Below are positions 25,640-33,456 of a stretch of DNA of 64,000 bases, piece after piece (the stretch's first letter is position 1; the number at the start of each line of letters is the position of its first letter). Source of the DNA: Candidatus Zixiibacteriota bacterium (GTDB taxonomy: Bacteria > RBG-13-66-14 > B26-G2 > WVWN01). The stretch spans positions 1 to 64,000 of the forward strand of contig JASFLY010000007.1 of assembly GCA_050117845.1 (NCBI GenBank). The letters run 5' to 3'. The position numbers were made by a program, and so were the translations under genes. Below the pieces are notes generated by a model, which ran no database searches, was not told the DNA's origin, and saw only the letters and a list, made by a program, of their open reading frames with translations.

Positions 25640-26548
25640 TTATCTGAGGCCTTCGGAGGCCGACGTCACCTCAATAAGTTCCTTGGTGATGGCCGCCTGA
25701 CGGGCCTTATTATAATCGAGCGTTAAAGTCCCTAATAAGTCTCCGCAGTTGCGGGTCGCCGATTCCATCGCCATCATCCGGGCGCCGTGCTCCGAGGATA
25801 TGTGCTCTTGAAGTACGCGCCATACCTGGACGTTGACGTAGAGCGGCAGTAGTTCCCCCAAAATCGTTTCGCTGTCCGGTTCGAATAAATACTCGAGGAA
25901 CGAACAAGCTGGCGACGCTTCGGCGGATTCCGGGTCGTCCTCGGCTCCCGGCAATAGCATCTCCTCGAGCCTAATCGGAAGTATGCTGCGCGTCGTTACA
26001 ACCTGCCGGCCGGCGGAAAAGAAGTGATGATACAGGAAGTCCACGCGGTCAACGTCGTGGGCGAGGAAGGCATCGGTAATGATTTTCCCGATGGCCCGGG
26101 CGTCCTCGTACGTGATTACCTTAAAGAAACCGGTATAACTTTCGATAACGTTGAAACCCCGCCGCCGAAAGAAATCGTAGCCTTTTTTCCCGACGCAAAC
26201 CATATCGGCGTACGAACCGAAGTCGCGACGGTGCTCTTCCTGATAGGCCAGTGCTTGCCGGATGACGTTCGAGTTGAACGGCCCGCAGAGGCCCCGGTCG
26301 GAACTGATGACGACGAGAATGGCGTTCTCGTCCCCGCGGTCGACCAAAAGCGGATGATAGGCCGGCTCGCCACAGGTCGCCAGGTGCGATATTATCTCGG
26401 CGAGGTGCGCCGCGTACGGCCTCATGGCCATGAGGGCCGTCTGCGCGTTACGGACCTTCACCGCGGACACGGTCTTCATGGCCGCGGTTATCTCGCGGAT
26501 CTTTTCGACCGAGCCGATGCGTTGCCGTACTGCCCTGAGTGTCGCCAT
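25640..26548 (-). CDS. atpG: ATP synthase F1 gamma subunit
   Basis: IT.AMK.VS, SDRGLCG.FN, SEHGARM.AM..AT, YNKARQAAITKEL. Confidence 0.97.
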   Translation of the reverse strand: MATLRAVRQRIGSVEKIREITAAMKTVSAVKVRNAQTALMAMRPYAAHLAEIISHLATCGEPAYHPLLVDRGDENAILVVISSDRGLCGPFNSNVIRQALAYQEEHRRDFGSYADMVCVGKKGYDFFRRRGFNVIESYTGFFKVITYEDARAIGKIITDAFLAHDVDRVDFLYHHFFSAGRQVVTTRSILPIRLEEMLLPGAEDDPESAEASPACSFLEYLFEPDSETILGELLPLYVNVQVWRVLQEHISSEHGARMMAMESATRNCGDLLGTLTLDYNKARQAAITKELIEVTSASEGLR

Positions 26549-27096
26549 TACTTAACCGTTATCCCGCGTTCCAGCATAGGTTGTTCCGTTTCACCCTTCA
26601 AGGGGCTTGCCCAAATAACCGCCGCGTAGTTTATTTCCCGTCCATCGGCGTGGGCGGCTCCGGCCGCGTAAGCTAATTCGTAGTCGCCCGGCGTATCCGG
26701 CGCCCGCAGTGTTAACTTAACGGCGTAGTCCTTCCCCGTGACCTGCAACGGCTCGTAACTATCCACCGTTATCCAATACGACCAGGTATAACCCGGGCGG
26801 TCGGGCAAATAAGTCGCGCCAGCGTCTTTAACGTGCTTGAATTTTCCCTTCGCGCCGCCCTCGTAGCCGGCTTTGACGACCGCCGCGCCTTCGGGCAGAG
26901 ATACGGCCACGACGCCCGCGAACCTAGCAACCACCTCCGCGGAGGTCGATTGGCGTCCGGTGCGGAGTTGCAGTGCTACCTCGAACTTCTCCCCGGCCTC
27001 CACTTCCGCCGGCTGTACGACGTCCACGATATTCAAACAGGAAGTCGTACATAATAGCGCCGCCAGCACGGCCGCGCGCGCCACGGTACGCGGCAT
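26548..27096 (-). CDS. Hypothetical lipoprotein inserted between atpA and atpG
   Basis: ATG overlaps the atpA stop (TAATG), lipobox TTSC, Ig-like strands. Its own stop overlaps the atpG start (TAATG). Confidence 0.75.
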   Translation of the reverse strand: MPRTVARAAVLAALLCTTSCLNIVDVVQPAEVEAGEKFEVALQLRTGRQSTSAEVVARFAGVVAVSLPEGAAVVKAGYEGGAKGKFKHVKDAGATYLPDRPGYTWSYWITVDSYEPLQVTGKDYAVKLTLRAPDTPGDYELAYAAGAAHADGREINYAAVIWASPLKGETEQPMLERGITVK

Positions 27097-28658
27097 TACT
27101 TCCCCCCTGCCTCCGTTTCGGGCGCGGCCTCGCCGTCCTCGTCGTCGTCCTGCCGCAAGTAACCGGCCACGAAGGTCTTGGTCTCCTCGGTCAGCTTCTC
27201 CTGGACGTCGTCCGGCAACTCGCCCGTTTCCAGGATGGCCTTGCCGAACTCCGGCCGCACGGTATCCATGTACTCCAGTAAGCGCTCGCTGCATTCCCAC
27301 ACGCGGTCCACGGGCACCACGTCGAGAGCGCCGCTGATGACGGCGTTGATGACGATGACCTGAGCCTCGACCGACATCGGCGCGTACTGGTTCTGCTTGA
27401 GGATCTCGACGATACGCTCGCCCCGGCGGATCTGGGCCTGCGTCGCCTTGTCGAGTTCGGTGCCGAACTGGACGAACTTCTCCAGCTCGCGGTACTGCGC
27501 GAGTTCGAGGCGAAGCATCCCCGCGACCTTGCGCATGGCCTTATTCTGCGCCTTGCCGCCGACGCGGGAGACCGAGAGGCCCGCGTTGATGGCCGGCCTC
27601 ACGCCGGCGTAGAAGAGCCGGTCCTCGAGGTATATCTGGCCGTCGGTGATGGAGATAACGTTGGTCGGGATGTAGGTCGTTATATCGCCGGCCTGGGTCT
27701 CGATGATGGGCAGGGCCGTAAGCGAACCGCCGCCCTTCTCTTCCGACATCTTCGCCGCGCGCTCGAGCAAGCGAGAGTGCAGGTAGAAGACGTCGCCGGG
27801 ATAAGCCTCGCGGCCGGGGGGCCGGCGCAGAAGAAGAGACAACTGCCGGTACGCCCAGGCGTGTTTGGAAAGGTCGTCGTAAATGACCAGGGCGTGGCCG
27901 CCGCTATCGCGGAAGTATTCCCCCATCGTACAACCGGCGTACGGCGCGATGTACTGCAGCGGCGCCGGGTCGGAAGCACCGGCGTGTACGACAGTCGTAT
28001 ACGACATCGCGTCGTGCTCTTCCAGCGTCTTCACTACCTTCGCCACGGTGGAGTTCTTTTGCCCGATGGCGACGTAGATGCAAACGACGTCGGTTTCGCG
28101 TTGGTTGATTATTGCGTCCACGCAAATCGCCGTTTTACCGATGCCCCGGTCCCCCAGGATAAGCTCGCGCTGGCCGCGGCCTATGGGGATCATCGCGTCG
28201 ATGGCCTTGAGGCCGGTTTGTAGGGCCTGGTTCACCGGGCTCCGGGCGATGACGCCCGGGGCTCTCGTTTCCAGCGGCCTCGTCGTATCGCGCGATATCG
28301 GGCCCCGGCCGTCGAGGGGCTCGCCGACCGGGGTGACCACCCGACCCAGAAGCTCGTCGCCCACGGGAACCTCCAGGATGCGGCCCGTCGCCCGGGCAAC
28401 GTCGCCTTCCTTGATGCCGCGGTCGTCCCCCAGGACAACGACGCCGACCGTGGTCTCTTCCAGGTTCATCGCGATGCCGTAGATCCCGCCGCTGAACAGG
28501 ATCATCTCGTTGTACATCGCGTCGGAGAGGCCGTAAACCTGGGCGATGCCGTCCCCCACGCTCGTCACGATGCCGGTCGTCGTAACGTCGAGTTCCCGGC
28601 GGTAACGGTCGATCTCGGTCTTGAGGATCTCGCTTATTTCATCTGGGCTTATTCTCAT
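27096..28658 (-). CDS. atpA: ATP synthase F1 alpha subunit
   Basis: [39 protein letters not shown]. Confidence 0.98.
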   Translation of the reverse strand: MRISPDEISEILKTEIDRYRRELDVTTTGIVTSVGDGIAQVYGLSDAMYNEMILFSGGIYGIAMNLEETTVGVVVLGDDRGIKEGDVARATGRILEVPVGDELLGRVVTPVGEPLDGRGPISRDTTRPLETRAPGVIARSPVNQALQTGLKAIDAMIPIGRGQRELILGDRGIGKTAICVDAIINQRETDVVCIYVAIGQKNSTVAKVVKTLEEHDAMSYTTVVHAGASDPAPLQYIAPYAGCTMGEYFRDSGGHALVIYDDLSKHAWAYRQLSLLLRRPPGREAYPGDVFYLHSRLLERAAKMSEEKGGGSLTALPIIETQAGDITTYIPTNVISITDGQIYLEDRLFYAGVRPAINAGLSVSRVGGKAQNKAMRKVAGMLRLELAQYRELEKFVQFGTELDKATQAQIRRGERIVEILKQNQYAPMSVEAQVIVINAVISGALDVVPVDRVWECSERLLEYMDTVRPEFGKAILETGELPDDVQEKLTEETKTFVAGYLRQDDDEDGEAAPETEAGGK

Positions 28659-28686
28659 ACGAAGGCTCCCGAAGGCCGCCGTCCCG

Positions 28687-29223
28687 TCATCGGGCGGCGC
28701 CGGCCATTATCTCCCGGAATTCGCGCAGGCGGCCGGCCAACGTCCCGTCCACGACGTGGTCGCCTATTTTTAACTTCAAACCGCCGATCACGTCTTCGTT
28801 TACTATCATCTTCAGTTCAACCCGTTTCCCGGTAACGCGGGCGAGGACCTCCGACAGCTTCTGCCGGATATCGTCGGGAAGCGGCGTGGCCGACGTCACC
28901 TCCGCGGCGACGACGTCGGCGTCGCGCCGGTATACCCGGGCTAGGTCCTCGTTAATGCTCGGAGTCAGGGGAAGGCGGCCCTTCTCGATAAGGAAACGCA
29001 GGAAGTCGCGGGTTACCTCCTGGCCCACAGCTTTACCGGTGAGGTCTACCTTCCCCTCCAGCGGTACCGCCGGATGCTCCAAAAAAAACCGCAATTCCTC
29101 GTCCCGGGCGTATACCTCGGCGAAAGCGCCGAAGTCGGCCACGACCTCGTCCACCACGCCTTCCCGGTACGCCAGTTTATATAGCGCCCGGGCGTAGCGC
29201 CGCGCTATGACAGAATCCCTCAT
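28687..29223 (-). CDS. atpH: ATP synthase delta subunit
   Basis: [20 protein letters not shown]. Confidence 0.95.
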   Translation of the reverse strand: MRDSVIARRYARALYKLAYREGVVDEVVADFGAFAEVYARDEELRFFLEHPAVPLEGKVDLTGKAVGQEVTRDFLRFLIEKGRLPLTPSINEDLARVYRRDADVVAAEVTSATPLPDDIRQKLSEVLARVTGKRVELKMIVNEDVIGGLKLKIGDHVVDGTLAGRLREFREIMAGAAR

Positions 29224-29229
29224 AACCTC

Positions 29230-29742
29230 TTAGGCGTCGATGCGCCGCTCGAACGATCCGCGGCTCTCCAACTCTGCCAGGAATTTCTCCGCCAACTCGC
29301 GTTCGCGTTCGTCGGTTCGGGTCCCGTCAAGGACCCGTCCCGCTACGGCGACGGCGATGTCCGCCATCTCGCCCCGCACTTTCGATATCGCTTGGGCTTC
29401 CTCAATGGCGATAAGCTCCTCGGCCCGATGGAGAAGGCCGTCGGCCTGCCGGCGAGCCTGGGCCAGAAGCTCTTCCCGGTGCCGGCCCGCCTCTTCGTTG
29501 ACGCGTTTGATAATGGCGGAGGCTTCCTCGCCCACGTCGGCCATCTTGTTCTCGTACGCTGCCTTGAGCTTGTCCGCTTCGGCGCGCGCCGCCGCGGCCC
29601 GGGCCATATCTCCTTCGATCCGTTCCCGCCGCTCCCGTAGAATAGGGGCTAATTGCGTTTTGTATATAACGGCGACGCAGACGGTAAACGCGATGAAGAT
29701 GCCGAGTTGGTAGAAGAATATCGTAGGATTGAACTCGAACAT
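29230..29742 (-). CDS. atpF: ATP synthase Fo subunit b
   Basis: N-terminal TM followed by P....ER..I and a long coiled coil; operon position. Confidence 0.92.
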   Translation of the reverse strand: MFEFNPTIFFYQLGIFIAFTVCVAVIYKTQLAPILRERRERIEGDMARAAAARAEADKLKAAYENKMADVGEEASAIIKRVNEEAGRHREELLAQARRQADGLLHRAEELIAIEEAQAISKVRGEMADIAVAVAGRVLDGTRTDERERELAEKFLAELESRGSFERRIDA

Positions 29743-29748
29743 AACTCT

Positions 29749-30132
29749 TTACCCGAGTAAAGGCTTAAGGGGGTTCACGAATATCATCAGAAGCGCCACG
29801 ACGAGCGTATAAATGGCCAGCGTCTCGATGAAGACGATCGTTAGGATCGTCGGCACGAGAAGTTTACCCGACGCTTCCGGTTGGCGGGCTATACCTTGAA
29901 GCGCGGCGTTGGCCGTTACGGCCTGCGCCACTGCGGCACCGGCGGCCGCGAAGGCCATTCCCAGTACCGCCGCCACCAGCATCCACGAATATCCCTTGGC
30001 CACGGTTTCGGTAATTCCGGTCGCCGGGGCGTCCTTCTTTTCTTCTGCCGGGGCCTCCTCCGAAGCGAAAGCGGCCGCGGCGCTAAGCAGTAATACCAGC
30101 AACACTACTACGGTCCACGACTTGATGCCCAT
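29749..30132 (-). CDS. atpE: ATP synthase Fo subunit c with an N-terminal signal-peptide-like extension
   Basis: IARQPEA loop, FIETLAIY ion-binding helix. Confidence 0.95.
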   Translation of the reverse strand: MGIKSWTVVVLLVLLLSAAAAFASEEAPAEEKKDAPATGITETVAKGYSWMLVAAVLGMAFAAAGAAVAQAVTANAALQGIARQPEASGKLLVPTILTIVFIETLAIYTLVVALLMIFVNPLKPLLG

Positions 30133-30210
30133 TACGTACAGGCCTCCTTGAATATAAAGATAAGAGGGCTAGGTACTCCGGCCGCCGCGGGGCGGTCGGG
30201 CCGGACGCCG

Positions 30211-30987
30211 TTAGTGTTCGTCCTCGCCCCACCCCACGGCCGCGCCGAAATACAGGATGGGAAGAAACGCGAATATAAACGCTTGCAACACACTCGTAAT
30301 CGTTACGAGGGTATATACTAGCGGCATAACGAATTGCGCGAATAAGTATTGGACATGGCCGCCGTCGAGCTTCAGGGCCGGGAAGAGTTCGTTGGCGTTA
30401 ACGACGAGGTTGTTGAGAACGATAACGAACTCCTCCTCGCCAAATATATTCCCGAAAAGACGAAGCGAGAGCGAAACCGGCCGGGCGAACTCGCCGATAC
30501 TCTCCAGCACGATAAAAACCGGACCACCGATTATCATGGCTATACGGCCCATAGTCCCGAAGGGGCCGGTTTTATGCTTGAGATACTTGCCGAAGCCGAG
30601 TTCCCGAATCCCTACGTAGAACGTCATGACGAAGACGCATAAGGCCATCGCGGCGTTCACGCTAATGTTGCTCGTTGGCGCCACGAAACCGGGGACCATC
30701 GCGATAAGGTTGGCGACCAGGATAAAGAGGAAAATCGAGAGGCAAAATGGCAGGTATTTGACGATGCGCCGGCCGCCTATATCCCGCAGAAAGTTCTCGC
30801 CCGTCTCGACGGCAACCTCTATAAGCATTTGCGGGATCGTCGGCTTGAGTTTGGCGAAGCGGCAAATCAGATAAAAAACCACCAAAACCCCTACCGCCAC
30901 GAGCAGTGCGTTGGTTACGATAACCGCGTCGTGGTGATGGAGACCCGGGAGGGGAATGCCCCATTCCAAACCGACTTTTAGTTCCAT
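30211..30987 (-). CDS. atpB: ATP synthase Fo subunit a
   Basis: ARPVSLSLRLFGNI, LQAFIF..L..LY. Confidence 0.96.
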   Translation of the reverse strand: MELKVGLEWGIPLPGLHHHDAVIVTNALLVAVGVLVVFYLICRFAKLKPTIPQMLIEVAVETGENFLRDIGGRRIVKYLPFCLSIFLFILVANLIAMVPGFVAPTSNISVNAAMALCVFVMTFYVGIRELGFGKYLKHKTGPFGTMGRIAMIIGGPVFIVLESIGEFARPVSLSLRLFGNIFGEEEFVIVLNNLVVNANELFPALKLDGGHVQYLFAQFVMPLVYTLVTITSVLQAFIFAFLPILYFGAAVGWGEDEH

Positions 30988-30990
30988 ACG

Positions 30991-31398
30991 TTATCGGGTC
31001 GCTCGGGCCAGCCGGGCCCTAACAAGGAAGAAAACCGCGCCGTAAACCGGCACCGCGGTAGCTACGAATAGTGCGCCAAAAGCCAGCGGGTAAAGCGGCA
31101 CGTCCCCTAAAATAACAAGCGCCGCGATGGCGCCGGGGGGAACAAGTACCTTCGCGACCAGCGCGAGTACGCCCGAAGCCAACCTCCGGTTTTCCGAGGT
31201 CCGGGGGGCGCCGAACCAAGCGCTCGCGAAGAGTATTATGAAAACGAAATCGGAACCCACTGCGACGGCGCCGGCCAGGGTACCCGCAACCCAAGCTAAA
31301 CCGCCGAAAGTGGCCGCGGCCGCGACGGCCCCGGTTACCGATACGGCTACGCCTGCGATTAAAGTCGCCGGGCGATATCCTTCGGGGCCCTTTTTCAT
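30991..31398 (-). CDS. atpI: ATP synthase protein I-like membrane protein
   Basis: Four hydrophobic segments, directly upstream of atpB. Confidence 0.6.
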   Translation of the reverse strand: MKKGPEGYRPATLIAGVAVSVTGAVAAAATFGGLAWVAGTLAGAVAVGSDFVFIILFASAWFGAPRTSENRRLASGVLALVAKVLVPPGAIAALVILGDVPLYPLAFGALFVATAVPVYGAVFFLVRARLARATR

Positions 31399-31646
31399 TT
31401 AAGAAGTCGCGGCGTTTCTCGTATCACGACGTAAACGGCCGCCGCCAAACCTAGGAAAGTTAACACGAGCGTGAACGCCGGGGTCGTCTCCAGCCATCGG
31501 TCGATCAAGTACCCGCCGAAGAACCCCCCGAATATTACGGCCACGAAAGTCCAAACAATGTTTATTATTGCACCGGTTTTCCGGGCGAAACGCTTCGTTT
31601 GGCCGGATTCGCTGTCGTTTTTACCCGCCACGCCCTCGTATTCCAC
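31395..31646 (-). CDS. AtpZ/ATPase gene 1 family protein
   Basis: GYLIDRWLETTP.F.....LG motif; first gene of the atp operon. Confidence 0.85.
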   Translation of the reverse strand: MEYEGVAGKNDSESGQTKRFARKTGAIINIVWTFVAVIFGGFFGGYLIDRWLETTPAFTLVLTFLGLAAAVYVVIRETPRLLK

Positions 31647-31676
31647 GTTGGTGGGAATCCGTTAAATTTTTCGCAC

Positions 31677-31705
31677 AATATAACATCGCACCCCGTATAA
31701 CACAA
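31677..31705 (-). promoter_or_regulatory. Sigma70-type promoter of the atp operon
   Basis: TTGTGT-17 bp-TATATT with an extended -10 TG. Confidence 0.6.
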
Positions 31706-31725
31706 GGGATTTCGGGTATTTATAT

Positions 31726-31755
31726 AAAAAAAAGAGGGCTTTGAAGCCCTCTTTT
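31726..31755 (-). terminator. Intrinsic terminator after the read-through form of the beta-helix gene
   Basis: AAAAGAGGGCTT/AAGCCCTCTTTT inverted repeat followed by a U-run. It lies about 20 nt after the TAG at 31777, not after the TGA at 31993. Confidence 0.8.
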
Positions 31756-31776
31756 GCTCCGGAGCAAAAATAATCC

Positions 31777-32529
31777 CTAATGATACAACGCCTTAACGCT
31801 ACCGAACGACGTCGGCACGACAGCGGTGGGATAGGGCCTACCGCCCATATCCTGGCCGTTCTCGCCGGTGCCCCGACAAGGCGAACTCTCCGTAAGATTG
31901 AAATCGTTGTTGTTGAAATCAACGAAAAGGGGATCTGTGTGGATCTCGCCGGTTCCAGGTGATGGTACGAAACTGTACCACGTCCCGCCACCTCAACCAG
32001 GGCAGTAATACGCGTAGTTACCAGCGTAATTAGTATCCACGTCGTTGTAGGAGATATTAGCCGAGGGGTAGGAGGTCTGATAACAGGCCACTCCGTAGCG
32101 CGAATTGCCGTAGATGATGTTGTTCTTAATCGTCGCGCTGGAGTCGATCCAGACCTTTATACCGTCCAGGCCTTTACATATCGTATTGCTGTCGATAACG
32201 CCTGTAGCACCGTCCTGAATTGCTATCGCCGCGTCGTTGGCCGAGCCGTTAACGAAACAACAACCCGTGATGTGGACCTCGGTTCCCGCTTGGGAACAAT
32301 ATATCTGGTTCCTTTCGAGGTCGATCAACGCGCCGTTGCCGCGAATACAGGATTTCTTGCCCTGGAGGACGCCCAAACCGCCGGTATAGACTATATTCGG
32401 ATCCAGGACGAGGAGTTTATCGTAACCTTCGCCCGACCCGGCTTCGTCGTACGCCGATTGGAGGGTTTTTCCCCAGGCCAGAGGGACTGCCAGAAGCGCG
32501 ATAGCCAACGTAACTACTATATACCGCAA
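31777..32529 (-). CDS. Secreted right-handed beta-helix protein, predicted selenoprotein (250 aa; in-frame UGA at 31995-31993 = U179 in CPGU)
   Basis: AAGGAGGT SD + TTG start and signal peptide. Beta-helix repeats (IDSNTI, IKNNIIYGN, ISYNDV). After TGA the frame reads GGGTWYSFVPSPGTGEIHTDPLFVDFNNNDFNLTESSPCRGTGENGQDMGGRPYPTAVVPTSFGSVKALYH*. Confidence 0.8.
31957..31995 (-). promoter_or_regulatory. Candidate bacterial SECIS element
   Basis: mRNA UGA-GGUGG CGGGACG UGGUAC AGUUUC GUACCA UCACCU. Perfect 6-bp upper stem, 6-nt loop with G at position 2, 18 nt between the UGA and the loop, and a lower stem AGGUGG/UCACCU. Confidence 0.72.
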
Positions 32530-32614
32530 AATGCGTCACCTCCTTTCTCTAAACCGTTTTTTTGGGACATCGCCTTACAGCGACGCCCAAGGATATACAC
32601 TCTTTCCAATAATA

Positions 32615-32643
32615 ATTCTAACCCCATATACCCGAATATGCAA
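32615..32643 (-). promoter_or_regulatory. Sigma70-type promoter of the candidate selenoprotein gene
   Basis: TTGCAT-17 bp-TAGAAT. Confidence 0.6.
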
Positions 32644-32710
32644 GCGAAAAAGGTTTTATATCTACCTCAATATCACGTATTATGTTTCCGAAACTTCGCG
32701 CCGGCCTAGC

Positions 32711-32736
32711 AAAAAACCGGCGTCCCCGCCGGTTTT
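32711..32736 (-). terminator. Intrinsic terminator
   Basis: AAAACCGGCG/CGCCGGTTTT inverted repeat with a U-run, immediately after the stop of 32735..33454. Confidence 0.7.
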
Positions 32737-33454
32737 AATGTTCTTTTCCGCTATCGCCTCCGGCACCCCGGGAGCGGCCCTCGCCTTCGTCCCGATCTAA
32801 AAGTCGGGACACCACCCCCTTAGCCGGGTCCGCAAAGGCGAGGCCAAAGGCTATCGCCGCGGCCAACATAACCGCTCCGAAAACGGTAATAAAAACCGCA
32901 ATGAGAAACGCCGTCGTCAGGTACAACTTCTCGAGCGCCATTACGGCTCCGACGAAGAGCATACCGTAACGTACAGCCTTACCTATGAGGACCGCGTTTA
33001 TGCCGCTAATCTTGCTGGCCCATACGCGGGCGAGGCCCCCCAGAAAAGACCCGGCGACGTACGCCACGAATAGGATGGCCCCGGCCAGCAAGATGCGTGG
33101 GATATACAATATTAAGTAATCGAATATCCGGGTCATCAACGTAAACCCGAGGATTTCCGCGCAGAAATCCAAGAATAAAAGGACTACCCCCCACCATACG
33201 ACCCGTCGGACTATTTCGCCGACCGAATGTTTAATGTCTCCCTTCGCCAAAGCACCGAAGCCCAGGCGGCCGGCCCCCTTCTCGATGGGTAACGCCAGGA
33301 AAACGCGGCGCCCTAAACGGGAAAGCAGATACGCGGCGATCAACCCGACGATAAATACCGCCGCCGCGACCAACAGCACCGGGAGGTATCCGGCTATAGC
33401 CCGGACCGTCTCCAGGAATGGTTGAAATACCGTCTCGTCGAAAAACTCTTGCAT
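32735..33454 (-). CDS. CmpX-like/mechanosensitive-channel TM-helix repeat membrane protein
   Basis: Two repeats of YLP/YIP.ILLA; C-terminal AIAFGLA. Confidence 0.75.
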   Translation of the reverse strand: MQEFFDETVFQPFLETVRAIAGYLPVLLVAAAVFIVGLIAAYLLSRLGRRVFLALPIEKGAGRLGFGALAKGDIKHSVGEIVRRVVWWGVVLLFLDFCAEILGFTLMTRIFDYLILYIPRILLAGAILFVAYVAGSFLGGLARVWASKISGINAVLIGKAVRYGMLFVGAVMALEKLYLTTAFLIAVFITVFGAVMLAAAIAFGLAFADPAKGVVSRLLDRDEGEGRSRGAGGDSGKEH

Positions 33455-33456
33455 GA

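Noticed and set aside
27097..27300. N-terminal extension of the 250-aa ORF overlapping atpA (similarly the extended starts at 61183, 43611, 16361 and 4632)
   Set aside because: Better starts with an SD or TAATG coupling, and with signal peptides or family N-termini, lie downstream.
31662..31991. 109-aa ORF called just downstream of the TGA
   Set aside because: It is in a different frame, lacks recognisable features and runs through a terminator and the atp promoter. The in-frame read-through explains the region far better.
31993..31995. Genome-wide UGA reassignment (genetic code 4 or 25)
   Set aside because: atpH, uvrC, btuF and the deacetylase end at TGA at expected lengths, and no other long gene contains an in-frame TGA.
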